This document shows, in pieces, positions 1-9,130 of a stretch of DNA of 64,000 bases. Positions within the stretch are counted from its first letter, which is position 1, and the number at the start of each line of letters is the position of its first letter. The notes under the pieces were generated by a model. It searched no databases. It was not told the DNA's origin and saw nothing but the letters and a program-made list of their open reading frames with translations. Origin of the DNA: an uncultured Methylococcus sp. (GTDB lineage: Bacteria > Pseudomonadota > Gammaproteobacteria > Methylococcales > Methylococcaceae); the NCBI GenBank assembly GCA_964343925.1, contig CAYFLM010000003.1, positions 5,390 to 69,389 of the forward strand, given 5' to 3'. The translations under genes were made by a program, and so were the position numbers.

Positions 1-1
1 T

Positions 2-631
2 GTCACGAACTCTGATGAAGAGAACAGGAGGCGCCTCATAGAAAGTCCTCATTCGATCGTTCCTCTCTGTAAGGGCGGGCTCGACAATGTAATTGGGGTT
101 ATTGAGTCTAAAAACATCCTCAAGCGGGTGTTAGCCGGGAGCGAATTTGATCTTGAGGCATCAATTAGGCCAGTCATTTACATACCGAACTCACTCAGCC
201 CGGCGCATCTTTTGGAGGAGTTCAAGCGTTCTAAGGTCAGCCTTGCGCTTGTGGTGGACGAGTATGGGGAAATTGCAGGACTTGTAACCCTCAAGGACGT
301 TATGGAAGCGATTGTGGGTGAAATTCCGTCAGATGAATTTGATGCCGATGAGCCCGAGGCAATCCAGAGAGCTGATGGTAGTTGGCTTATTGATGGGGCA
401 ATGCCCGTTGAAAGATTTGGCCAAATCTTTGACTTGGATGCCTTTGGGGATTCGGCCGAGGGTGCTTTTCATACCATGGCGGGATTTGTTATGAGCTATT
501 TGGGACATATTCCAAAGGCCAGCGACCACTTTAGTTGGAATAATTTTAAGTTCGAAGTTATGGATATGGACCGGAACCGAGTCGATAAAATTTTGGTCAC
601 ACGTGAGGTGGCAATAGAGTCGGATGATTAG
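2..631 (+). CDS. HlyC/CorC (CNNM/TlyC) family transporter, C-terminal part (CBS pair + CorC_HlyC domain); 5' end lies outside the window
   Basis: Frame 2 is open from the first bases of the window (VTNSDEENRRRLIESPHSIVPLCKGGLDNVIGVIESKNILKRV... precedes the listed ORF). The C-terminus ADGSWLIDGAMPVERF...HTMAGFVMSYLGHIPKASDHFSWNNFKFEVMDMDRNRVDKILV is the typical transporter-associated CorC_HlyC domain. Confidence 0.8.
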   Translation, partial: VTNSDEENRRRLIESPHSIVPLCKGGLDNVIGVIESKNILKRVLAGSEFDLEASIRPVIYIPNSLSPAHLLEEFKRSKVSLALVVDEYGEIAGLVTLKDVMEAIVGEIPSDEFDADEPEAIQRADGSWLIDGAMPVERFGQIFDLDAFGDSAEGAFHTMAGFVMSYLGHIPKASDHFSWNNFKFEVMDMDRNRVDKILVTREVAIESDD

Positions 632-650
632 TGGTCTTAATTGCTAGGGA

Positions 651-986
651 ATGGGAAGTGACATGGAGATAGTCTCCGAAAGGCTGGGCGATGCTGTGGT
701 GTTGAGGTTAGGAGGCGATCGACTCGATGCTCAAGTCTCTCCAAGCGTGAGAAACCAGATTATCGAAGCGCTCGATCAAGGCTGTAAACATTTGATAGTT
801 GATCTTAGTAAGGTTTCTTTTATTGATAGTTCTGGTTTAGGCGCACTCATTTCAGGGTTAAAGAATTCCTCAATTCGGTCTGCTCGGTTAGTTCTGGCGG
901 GTGTACAGCCAAGAGTTCGTGGGCTATTCGAGCTGACCAGGCTAGAGAAAGTGTTTGAAATGATTCCGGCTGTTGATCAAAGGTAG
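651..986 (+). CDS. STAS-domain anti-sigma-factor antagonist (SpoIIAA/RsbV-like)
   Basis: 111 aa. Has the conserved phosphorylatable serine context VSFIDSSGLGALI. Sits 11 nt upstream of an RsbW-like kinase gene. Confidence 0.85.
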   Translation: MGSDMEIVSERLGDAVVLRLGGDRLDAQVSPSVRNQIIEALDQGCKHLIVDLSKVSFIDSSGLGALISGLKNSSIRSARLVLAGVQPRVRGLFELTRLEKVFEMIPAVDQR

Positions 987-997
987 AGGCGGCAAAG

Positions 998-1426
998 TTG
1001 GATTGCAAGAGTGAAATCTCAATTGACGTCACCGTCCCCAGCACCCACGCATACATTGCTTTAATTGGTCGAATTGTTGAGGATGTGGTTGATGCAATCA
1101 AGCTGGGTTATCAAAGTCCGGAGACTTTAGGTCAACAGCTTAATCTTGCCGTAACGGAGGCTGCGACCAATGCCCACCAGCATGCCAATCGCAATCGTTC
1201 AGATGCCTCCATCCACGTAATTCTTTCTTATTCGAACCAAGAGCTTCAAATTCAGGTCTTTGATCAGGGTCCTGGTTTCGATCTCAATCTTTTAGATGAA
1301 CCGGAGCCTGATTCGCTAGAGGAGCATGGTCGAGGAATCTTTCTGATTAAGAGTTTGATGGATACCGTATCCTACAAGCGAGGTGAGAGGGGGAACGTGC
1401 TCGAGATGCGCAAAATTTTGACCTGA
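998..1426 (+). CDS. Anti-sigma regulatory factor / serine-protein kinase (RsbW/SpoIIAB-like HATPase)
   Basis: 142 aa, TTG start. N-box EAATNAHQHA, G1 DQGPGF, G2 HGRGIFLI. Gene order STAS then kinase, as in rsbV-rsbW. Confidence 0.8.
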   Translation: MDCKSEISIDVTVPSTHAYIALIGRIVEDVVDAIKLGYQSPETLGQQLNLAVTEAATNAHQHANRNRSDASIHVILSYSNQELQIQVFDQGPGFDLNLLDEPEPDSLEEHGRGIFLIKSLMDTVSYKRGERGNVLEMRKILT

Positions 1427-1482
1427 GACCTATTTTTGGACTCCTGCTCTCTACTTACGAATTATCAAACTAAGCAAGATAA

Positions 1483-3528
1483 ATGATGACCAACCCGATT
1501 CAGCAATTAAGCGGTCTTCCTCCCTTTTCCAAAATTGAGCCGGACCATATGGTTCCCGCTTTGCAAAATGCGCTTGATGCGGCAAGGGAGACGGTTCAGC
1601 TTGTCCTATCCAATGATCAACCCATGACTTGGGAGAATTTTGTTGTTCCGTTACAGATTGTTGACGACCAGATCAGTAAGGTCTGGTCAGTTATTGGGCA
1701 TCTCAATGCGGTGAAAAATAGCGAGCCTTTGCGCTCAAGCTTTAATGTCGCGTTACAGCTTCTCACGGAATATCAGACCGAAATGAGTCATAACGAGAAG
1801 CTTTATGAGGGCTATGTCTCATTGGCGGAAAGCGAATCCTTTGAAAGGCTCTCTTCGGTTCGACAGAGAGTGGTTAATCGTGCGTTGAGGGATTTCAAGC
1901 TTTCTGGCGTGAATTTACCATTTGAACAGAAGGCCAAGCTCAAGCAGATCTCCCATGAGCTTTCTAGTTTGAGCAGTAAGTTTCAAGACAATCTTCTGGA
2001 TGCGACGCACGGGTGGTATCACAACGTTCTGAAAGAGTCAGAGCTCAAGGGTCTGCCGGAGCACGCGAAATTGGCGGCTATGGAGGCCGCAAAAGCTAAA
2101 GGCCTAGAGGGCTGGGTACTAACCTTGGATTTTCCATCCTACATTGCAGTCATGACTTACTCGGAAAATAGAGGTTTGCGTGAGGAGCTTTACCGGGCCT
2201 ATGTGACGAGAGCATCAGATCAAGGGCCCAATGCAGGTGAGTTTGATAATTCCTCGATTATTCGGCGGATTCTGGAGTTGAGATCGGAGGAGGCCAAGAT
2301 TCTGGGCTTTGATGCTTTTTCCTCGCTTTCTTTAGCGACCAAAATGGCTCGCTCCACAAATGAGGTTCTTGATTTTCTGCGCGATCTTGCAGGAAAGTCT
2401 CGCGCTTCCGCTCTTCTTGAGTTAGAAGAGCTAAAGGTTTTCGCACAAGAATCCCTGGGTCTAGGGCGGGTCGAGCCTTGGGATATTGCATATGCGTCCG
2501 AGAGATTTCGTCAAAAACTTTTTGCAATCTCAGAAGAGGAGATTAGACAATATTTCCCTGTCCCCTCGGTATTGGAGGGTTTGTTTTCGGTTCTTGATAG
2601 GGTTTTTGGTGTTACCGTAAAGATACGAGAGCAGGTCGATGTCTGGGATAGTCAAGTTGCTTTTTATGATGTTCTAGATAGTGCGGGTGAACTCCTGGGG
2701 TCTTTTTATATGGACCTCTATGCTCGGCCGTCAAAAAGAGGCGGGGCTTGGATGGACGAATATCAGTCTAGAATGGTTTCGGATGGGTATGCCCCGCAAC
2801 TTCCTGTGGCCTTTATTGTTTGTAATTTCGCGCCACCGACCAGTAGTCATCCCTCGTTGTTGAGGCATGATGAAGTCCAGACTTTGTTTCATGAGTTTGG
2901 GCATGGACTTCACCATATGCTTACCAAGGTGAATGAGCCAGCGCTATCTGGGATCCATGGCGTGGAGTGGGATGCTGTCGAGTTGCCGAGCCAGTTAATG
3001 GAGAATTTTTGCTGGCACCCAGAGGTCGTTCGGTTAATCTCTAGTCACTACCTGACCGGTCAGTCGCTTCCCGCTGAGTTACTGGATCAGATGATCTTGG
3101 CTAAAAATTTCCAATCGGCTATGCAAATGGTCAGGCAGCTTGAATTCTCTCTTTTCGATTTTTTGATCCACATGGAGTGTGGAACTTCTGGAGCTAGGGA
3201 CTTTACGGAAATACTGGAAGAAGTACGGGAAGAAATTTCGGTCTTGAAACCCCCGGCATACAACCGCTTTCCTCAGAGTTTTGGGCACATATTTTCTGGC
3301 GGCTATGCCGCAGGCTATTACAGTTATAAATGGGCCGAGGTTTTGTCGGCAGATGCGTTCGCAAGGTTCGAAGAGCAGGGAACAATTGTTCGTGAGGTTG
3401 GGGAAGATTTCAAAAAGGTTTTTTTGGAGCGCGGCGGAAGCCAAGATGCGGTGGATCTTTTTCTCGAGTTTAGGGGTCGGTTGCCCTCGGTTGAGCCGCT
3501 ACTTCGACACAGTGGCCTCTTAAATTAG
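1483..3528 (+). CDS. prlC: Oligopeptidase A (M3 family zinc metallopeptidase)
   Basis: 681 aa. HEFGH zinc motif (TLFHEFGHGLHHML) and downstream E ligand context. Full-length similarity to enterobacterial PrlC as recalled. Confidence 0.9.
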   Translation: MMTNPIQQLSGLPPFSKIEPDHMVPALQNALDAARETVQLVLSNDQPMTWENFVVPLQIVDDQISKVWSVIGHLNAVKNSEPLRSSFNVALQLLTEYQTEMSHNEKLYEGYVSLAESESFERLSSVRQRVVNRALRDFKLSGVNLPFEQKAKLKQISHELSSLSSKFQDNLLDATHGWYHNVLKESELKGLPEHAKLAAMEAAKAKGLEGWVLTLDFPSYIAVMTYSENRGLREELYRAYVTRASDQGPNAGEFDNSSIIRRILELRSEEAKILGFDAFSSLSLATKMARSTNEVLDFLRDLAGKSRASALLELEELKVFAQESLGLGRVEPWDIAYASERFRQKLFAISEEEIRQYFPVPSVLEGLFSVLDRVFGVTVKIREQVDVWDSQVAFYDVLDSAGELLGSFYMDLYARPSKRGGAWMDEYQSRMVSDGYAPQLPVAFIVCNFAPPTSSHPSLLRHDEVQTLFHEFGHGLHHMLTKVNEPALSGIHGVEWDAVELPSQLMENFCWHPEVVRLISSHYLTGQSLPAELLDQMILAKNFQSAMQMVRQLEFSLFDFLIHMECGTSGARDFTEILEEVREEISVLKPPAYNRFPQSFGHIFSGGYAAGYYSYKWAEVLSADAFARFEEQGTIVREVGEDFKKVFLERGGSQDAVDLFLEFRGRLPSVEPLLRHSGLLN

Positions 3529-3604
3529 TCCTGTTGATGGCAAAAAAGGCTGCGGCAAGACCAAGATGTGCTAAATTATGCGGCTATTTTTTCTGGGTGT
3601 ATGA

Positions 3605-4021
3605 ATGAAAGGTCGAGTTAAATGGATTGAAAATGCCATGTTCTTGGCTGAATCTGGAAGCGGGCATGCCATAGTGATGGATGGTCCACCAGAGTCGGGC
3701 GGCAAGAATTTGGGTGTTCGACCTATGGAAATGTTACTGCTTGGAATGGGCGGATGCGCTTCATTTGATGTGGTGCACATTCTCAAAAAAGGTAGGCATT
3801 CTGTCCTGGGTTGTGAGGCCATTTTGGAGGCTGAGCGGGCCGAAAGTGATCCTAAGGTTTTTACTAAAATACACCTTCATTTTCAGGTCAGTGGCCAGGG
3901 TTTAACTGAGGCGGTCGTTGAGCGCGCAGTCCATTTGTCTGCGGAAAAATACTGCTCCGCTTCAATTATGCTCGGCAAAAGTGCTCAGGTGAGCCATAGT
4001 TTTGAGATCGTGCAAGCCTAA
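3605..4021 (+). CDS. OsmC/Ohr family peroxiredoxin-like protein
   Basis: 138 aa. Two conserved Cys contexts (GMGGCASFD and AEKYCSAS) typical of OsmC-family proteins. Confidence 0.75.
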   Translation: MKGRVKWIENAMFLAESGSGHAIVMDGPPESGGKNLGVRPMEMLLLGMGGCASFDVVHILKKGRHSVLGCEAILEAERAESDPKVFTKIHLHFQVSGQGLTEAVVERAVHLSAEKYCSASIMLGKSAQVSHSFEIVQA

Positions 4022-4108
4022 TGTCTTGGCTAGTAGTGGTCTGGTGAACAGTTTTAATTGCCTGCGGTTGCAGGTCCCGTTTTTTTGACTGAGGGGTGCG
4101 TCACTTCG

Positions 4109-4912
4109 ATGGAAATCGATAAATTGCAATTGCACGGCTTCAATAATCTGACCAAATCTTTGAGTTTCAATATCTACGATATTTGCTACGCGAAGACTGA
4201 GCAGCAGCAACGACGCTACATCGAGTACATTGATGAGATGTACAACGCCAAACGTTTAACCCAGATTCTGACCGATGTGAATGCAATCATCGGTGCGCAG
4301 ATTCTGAATATCGCTAGACAGGATTACGAACCTCAGGGTGCGAGCGTAACGATGCTTATTTCTGAAGGGGATGATCTTCCTCCTTCGATGGAAAATGCAG
4401 AAGAGCCTGGTCCGATGCCAGAGGCCGTTGTTGCGCACCTGAATAAGAGTCACATCACCGTTCACACTTATCCAGAAAGCCATCCCTATGGAGGGATTAG
4501 CACTTTTCGGGCGGACATTGACGTTTCAACCTGCGGGCGCATCTCCCCCCTGAAAGCGCTAAATTACTTGATACACAGTTTTGAATCAGACATCGTAATC
4601 ATGGATTACAGGGTGCGAGGGTTTACTCGTGATATCAGTGGGCAAAAGCATTACATTGACCATGAGATTACATCGATTCAGAACTACATCTCGGATGTTA
4701 CGGCTGAGCGATACCAAACTATTGATGTGAATGTCTATCAGGAGAATATTTTTCATACGAAAATGATTCTCAAGGATTTTATTCTTGACAATTACCTGTT
4801 TGAAACGGATAAGGACGCCTTGACCCCCGATGAGAGAAAGGCGATGCAACGTCAGTTGAAGCAGGAAATGGCAGAAATCTTTTACGGACGAAACTACAAG
4901 CTCAGAAGGTAG
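4109..4912 (+). CDS. speD: S-adenosylmethionine decarboxylase proenzyme (E. coli-type)
   Basis: From [30 protein letters not shown]...[20 protein letters not shown]...YRVRGFTRD it is near-colinear with E. coli SpeD as recalled. ATG at 4109 chosen over the upstream ORF-track start (4058) because homology begins here and a GAGGGG purine-rich stretch precedes it. Confidence 0.9.
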   Translation: MEIDKLQLHGFNNLTKSLSFNIYDICYAKTEQQQRRYIEYIDEMYNAKRLTQILTDVNAIIGAQILNIARQDYEPQGASVTMLISEGDDLPPSMENAEEPGPMPEAVVAHLNKSHITVHTYPESHPYGGISTFRADIDVSTCGRISPLKALNYLIHSFESDIVIMDYRVRGFTRDISGQKHYIDHEITSIQNYISDVTAERYQTIDVNVYQENIFHTKMILKDFILDNYLFETDKDALTPDERKAMQRQLKQEMAEIFYGRNYKLRR

Positions 4913-4924
4913 AACTTACCTTCT
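4904..4924. terminator. Hairpin between convergent speD and the glcF-like gene (possible bidirectional terminator)
   Basis: agaaggta-gaact-taccttct: 8-bp perfect stem with 5-nt loop spanning both stop codons. No clear U-tract. Confidence 0.3.
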
Positions 4925-4925
4925 G

Positions 4926-6164
4926 CTACAAGGGGCTATCTATTTGATCGGCAATAAGGGACACAGGGTGTTTAACTTGGATGTCCTGCAGGTCTTTGTC
5001 GAGCAGCAGATTTGCTTTGATGTGAAGAGCACATCCTGGGTTTGAAGTTAGAATAACGTTTGCTTTACTGGCCTTGAACTCTTGTACCAGGGTTCCACAG
5101 AGTTGGTCTGCCGTTCCAGGGTGATCAAGCATGTGGGTACCTGACGCCCCACAGCAGCCTACACTTTTCGAAACTTGAATCTTTAGCCCCGGTATTTTTT
5201 GGAGCATGTTTTCCACGGACTTCTCTTGTTTTAGGGTATTCCTAAGAGAGCAGGGGTGATGTAAGAAAACCTTTTGATCGTTATGTCGGAGTTGAACATC
5301 TTCGGTCTGGAAGCAGTTCATGAGAAAGCTTGAGACATCTTGAACTCTGGCTAAATTTTGCAAGCTTGGATCGTGGCTTGATGTCCCCCGGCTTGCTAGG
5401 TCACAGAGAAAGGCTTCACAACCGGTAGCGAAGGCTACAACCGGGGTTGGCGCTGAGTTGTCCAGGCTAGAAATTAGTGCATTTGTCATTTTGCTGGCTT
5501 GATGCACGTCACCAGAGTGGTGATAGAGTGCACCACAGCACTGCATTTCCTCTGGAATGCTTACAGCGTACCCGAGGTGACTCAGGACTTTTTGTATGGA
5601 CCTGATCGTAAGACCGTCGATCATTTTGCCGGTGCACCCAAGAAAGAGTTGGACCGTTCCTCTTGAGACCTCGTATTTTGGTTTTTCAGTCTGGGGGGGA
5701 GCCGCCTGGGATGCGCTTACCCACGCATTCACATAGCGTAGCAATCTGGTAGAGTTTCCGATAAGCCTGAGACTCCGTTCAAGCCAGCGCTGATTAAAAA
5801 TACCCGCCAATAACAGCTGAGCCTTTTCCTGAGAGAGGATACGCCGCGCTAATGACGGGATAAACCCATCCGTATGGGCTCCAGACCTGTGCTGTTCAGA
5901 CCTAAATGAGTCTATGATTTCCCCGTAGGGAACATAGGCAGGGCAAGCTCTTTCACAGGCCCTACAAAGTAGGCAGTTGTTGACATGCGCGTCGAGTTTT
6001 TGACTTTGAGGGAGTGCGCCCGAAGCCCAACCTTGGATTAAAGCCAGGCGCCCCCTTGGTGACTCATTTTCGTCCTGGCTAATCAGGTAGGTCGGGCAGT
6101 GCGGTAAGCAAAGTCCACACTTTACGCATTGGTCAGTTGAAGATGCAATTTCGCTGATATTCAC
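4926..6164 (-). CDS. GlcF-like (Fe-S)-binding oxidoreductase subunit (2x[4Fe-4S] ferredoxin motif + two CCG cysteine-rich domains)
   Basis: 412 aa. CVKCGLCLPHCPTY and CLLCRACERACPAYVPY cluster motifs at the N-terminus. Two CCG motifs (MQCCGALYHHSG, VGCCGASGTH). Confidence 0.75.
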   Translation of the reverse strand: MNISEIASSTDQCVKCGLCLPHCPTYLISQDENESPRGRLALIQGWASGALPQSQKLDAHVNNCLLCRACERACPAYVPYGEIIDSFRSEQHRSGAHTDGFIPSLARRILSQEKAQLLLAGIFNQRWLERSLRLIGNSTRLLRYVNAWVSASQAAPPQTEKPKYEVSRGTVQLFLGCTGKMIDGLTIRSIQKVLSHLGYAVSIPEEMQCCGALYHHSGDVHQASKMTNALISSLDNSAPTPVVAFATGCEAFLCDLASRGTSSHDPSLQNLARVQDVSSFLMNCFQTEDVQLRHNDQKVFLHHPCSLRNTLKQEKSVENMLQKIPGLKIQVSKSVGCCGASGTHMLDHPGTADQLCGTLVQEFKASKANVILTSNPGCALHIKANLLLDKDLQDIQVKHPVSLIADQIDSPL

Positions 6165-6181
6165 AGACGGTTGTTTTCAGA

Positions 6182-7747
6182 TCAGTGTCGAAAGTGACGG
6201 ATTCCCGTGAACACCATCGCCATTCCAAACTCATTGGCGGCATCAATCACTTCCTGGTCTCTCATCGAGCCTCCGGGTTGAATGACGGCAGTAATGCCGG
6301 CTTGGGCGGCTGAATCAATTCCGTCTCTGAAAGGAAAAAAAGCATCTGAGGCCATCACTGATCCTCTGACAGCGAGTCCGGCATCTTCCGCCTTGATTCC
6401 AGCAATTCGTGCCGAATAGACTCGGCTCATTTGGCCCGCACCAACACCAATCGTGCTGAGATTTTTCGCATAAACAATGGCGTTGGATTTAACATATTTG
6501 GCAACCGACCAAGCAAAGCACAGATCCTTGAATTCCTGATCTGTCGGCCCTCTCTTCGTAACAATCTTAATGTCATCAAGATTCAGGGTCAGAAGATCGA
6601 GTTGTTGAACTAAGAGCCCCCCCCCAACTTTTTTATAATCTTTAGCGGGTGGGCGAGCCGAGGTTTCTGTCAGTCCACCGGTCTCTAGCACTCTGATATT
6701 GGGTTTTGTGGCAAAAAATGGCAGGCATTCGGGGTTGATTTTCGGAGCAAGTATTACTTCTACAAATTGCTGAGCAATAATGGTTTTGGCGAGGTCGGGC
6801 TCCAAAGTTCCATTAAAGGCAATGATGCCTCCAAATGCGGAGGTCGGGTCAGTCATATAGGCTCGCTGATAGGCCTCAGCTAGGGAAACGGCAGAAGCCG
6901 CGCCGCAAGGATTAGCATGTTTCACAATAACGCATGATGGATCGCTGCCTAGAGCATGAACGCATTCGAGCGCTGCATCTGCATCTGCAATGTTGTTGTA
7001 GGAAAGCTCTTTGCCTTGGAGTTGCTTCGCTCCCGCAATGCTTCCTGGGGGTGGATTGATGTCCCTGTAAAAGGCTGCAGATTGGTGAGGATTTTCTCCA
7101 TATCTCATCTCTTGGACAAGCTTTTGGGAAACAACTAGAACCTCCGGGTAAGGGTCGGGTTCATACTGTGAGGAGAGGTAATCTCCGATGAGGGAATCGT
7201 AAGCGGCGGTGTGCCTGAAGGCTTTGGCCGCGAGACGATTTCTCAGCTCTTGCGAGGGGGCCCCGTCGTGTTCTTTTAGGTGTTCAAGCAGAAGGTCATA
7301 ATCAGAGGGGTCCACAACTACGGTCACAGCGGCGTGATTCTTAGCGGCACCTCGGATGAGTGTCGGCCCGCCAATATCAATATTTTCAATAGCTTGTCCG
7401 AGAGTGCAGTCTTTCTGGGAGATCGTCTGTTCAAACGGATATAAGTTAACGATAACCAGATCTATGGGGCTGATATCGTGTTCTCTCATGACGTCTTCAT
7501 CTTGGCCCCGACGCCCTAAGATTCCCCCATGAATTTTAGGGTGAAGAGTTTTGATTCTGCCCCCCATCATTTCAGGAAACTGAGTGTGGCTGGACACTTC
7601 GGTGACACATAAGCCGGCTGAACTCAAAAGGTCAAAGGTTCCGCCTGAGGACAGGATTTGAACACCCATACCTGTTAGCTCATGGGCTAATTCTACAATT
7701 CCGGTTTTATCGGAAACGCTGATCAATGCACGTTGGATTTTTTTCAT
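6182..7747 (-). CDS. purH: Bifunctional AICAR transformylase / IMP cyclohydrolase
   Basis: 521 aa. [21 protein letters not shown]... (MGS-like domain) through ...[12 protein letters not shown]-terminus characteristic of PurH. Confidence 0.95.
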   Translation of the reverse strand: MKKIQRALISVSDKTGIVELAHELTGMGVQILSSGGTFDLLSSAGLCVTEVSSHTQFPEMMGGRIKTLHPKIHGGILGRRGQDEDVMREHDISPIDLVIVNLYPFEQTISQKDCTLGQAIENIDIGGPTLIRGAAKNHAAVTVVVDPSDYDLLLEHLKEHDGAPSQELRNRLAAKAFRHTAAYDSLIGDYLSSQYEPDPYPEVLVVSQKLVQEMRYGENPHQSAAFYRDINPPPGSIAGAKQLQGKELSYNNIADADAALECVHALGSDPSCVIVKHANPCGAASAVSLAEAYQRAYMTDPTSAFGGIIAFNGTLEPDLAKTIIAQQFVEVILAPKINPECLPFFATKPNIRVLETGGLTETSARPPAKDYKKVGGGLLVQQLDLLTLNLDDIKIVTKRGPTDQEFKDLCFAWSVAKYVKSNAIVYAKNLSTIGVGAGQMSRVYSARIAGIKAEDAGLAVRGSVMASDAFFPFRDGIDSAAQAGITAVIQPGGSMRDQEVIDAANEFGMAMVFTGIRHFRH

Positions 7748-7773
7748 TTAACTGCGTCAGGTTATGGGCTGTG

Positions 7774-8031
7774 TTAATCAATTTCGTATTGGGTCATTTT
7801 TTTTCTAAGAGTACTTCTGCTGATACCCAGCACCGTGGCGGCCTTGGACTGGTTGTGGCCGCAGTATTCTAGGATTGTCTGAATTAATGGTTTTTCGACT
7901 TCAGCTAAAACCATCTCATAAATGTTTCCAGCACCATGACCGTCAAGTGTCACAAAGTATTCCTTCAAGGCATGTATGACATGCTGGCTGAGAATCGAAG
8001 GGTTCGGGTTGTCTTTATGCGGATCGACCAT
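7774..8031 (-). CDS. fis: Fis family DNA-binding protein
   Basis: 85 aa. ...IYEMVLAEVEKPLIQTILEYCGHNQSKAATVLGISRSTLRKKMTQY matches the Fis C-terminal HTH. Immediately downstream of dusB, as in the classic dusB-fis operon. Confidence 0.85.
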   Translation of the reverse strand: MVDPHKDNPNPSILSQHVIHALKEYFVTLDGHGAGNIYEMVLAEVEKPLIQTILEYCGHNQSKAATVLGISRSTLRKKMTQYEID

Positions 8032-8054
8032 CTTTCTGCTATGCGTGTGACGCG

Positions 8055-9104
8055 TTATTGGGGATTAAGCCTGAAAGCGGTTTGGAGAATCGCATGCTGT
8101 TCAGTTGGTGTGCTTGCCTCATTGAAGCGCCCCCTTACAGCCGCGATTGACGGTATATGGTTTGAGTACCAATGCACATGTTTTCGGGCAATTCTGATAC
8201 CCATGAAAGATCCATAAAGCCCGTATAGCGCCTCAAGATGATTGAGGATCAAGCCCTCAAGTTCTTGGTTAGAGGGGTTGGGCATTGTATTGCTAGCCAA
8301 ATCATTAATGAGCATTGCTCTAAAAATCCAAGGTCTTCCCAGAGCAGCTCGACCGATCATGACGGCGTCGGCATTGGTTTCCTCCAAGACTTGGGTTGCC
8401 TTGAATGGAGTGTCGATGTCACCGTTCGCAATGACTGGTATTTCAACGGCATTCTTAACCTCTGCGATTGTACGGTATTCAGCCATACCAGAAAAGCCAC
8501 ATGCTCTGGTTCTACCGTGGACGGTTAATGCTTGTATCCCACTATTTTCGGCAATTTTTGCAATGAGGACGGCATTTCTGTTCTCAGGATTCCATCCGGT
8601 TCGAATCTTGAGTGTTACCGGCACATCTACGGCAGAAACGACGGATTTTAGGATGCTCTCCACCAAATTCGGGTCTTGAAGCAACGCGGAGCCGGCAGCC
8701 TTACTACAGACCTTCTTAGCTGGGCAACCCATGTTGATATCGATTATTTGGGCTCCATTTTGGACATTGGCCCTAGCGCATTCCGCCATTTGTGCAGGAT
8801 CATTGCCGAGAATTTGGACGCTGCGGGGCGATAAATCTTCTGCAAGGGAAGTACGCGTTCTGGTTTTAGTGCTGTCCCGAAGGTTTGGATTTGAAGAGAC
8901 CATTTCCGAAACGGCCATAGCTGCGCCATAAGTACGGCAAATTTGCCTAAAAACGCGGTCGGTTACACCGGCCATTGGGGCCAGAATGTAACGGTTTTCA
9001 AGTCTGTAGGGGCCTATTTTCACTTCATTCAGTCGCTTAACAAAAGACGTGCTCTGGATATCGGGACTTGATTGTTTCTCGTGGTGTCCCCAACTCATAC
9101 CCAT
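8055..9104 (-). CDS. dusB: tRNA-dihydrouridine synthase B
   Basis: VKIGPYRLENRYILAPMAGVTDRVFR...IDINMGCPAKKV...LTVHGRTRAC is colinear with E. coli DusB. Start is uncertain: ATG at 9104 or 9098, or GTG at 9023 where homology to E. coli begins. The ORF-track start at 9155 would overlap clpB. Confidence 0.88.
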   Translation of the reverse strand: MGMSWGHHEKQSSPDIQSTSFVKRLNEVKIGPYRLENRYILAPMAGVTDRVFRQICRTYGAAMAVSEMVSSNPNLRDSTKTRTRTSLAEDLSPRSVQILGNDPAQMAECARANVQNGAQIIDINMGCPAKKVCSKAAGSALLQDPNLVESILKSVVSAVDVPVTLKIRTGWNPENRNAVLIAKIAENSGIQALTVHGRTRACGFSGMAEYRTIAEVKNAVEIPVIANGDIDTPFKATQVLEETNADAVMIGRAALGRPWIFRAMLINDLASNTMPNPSNQELEGLILNHLEALYGLYGSFMGIRIARKHVHWYSNHIPSIAAVRGRFNEASTPTEQHAILQTAFRLNPQ

Positions 9105-9130
9105 CTTAATAATATTTTCGGGGTAACCCA

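Noticed and set aside
4058-4108. 17-codon N-terminal extension of speD in the ORF track
   Set aside because: Homology to SpeD starts at [14 protein letters not shown] (ATG 4109). The extension begins at a non-ATG codon within a terminator-like region after the osmC-like gene.
8238-8931. Plus- and minus-strand ORFs (61-145 aa) within dusB
   Set aside because: They are entirely nested in or antisense to a well-supported dusB frame, with no domain resemblance.
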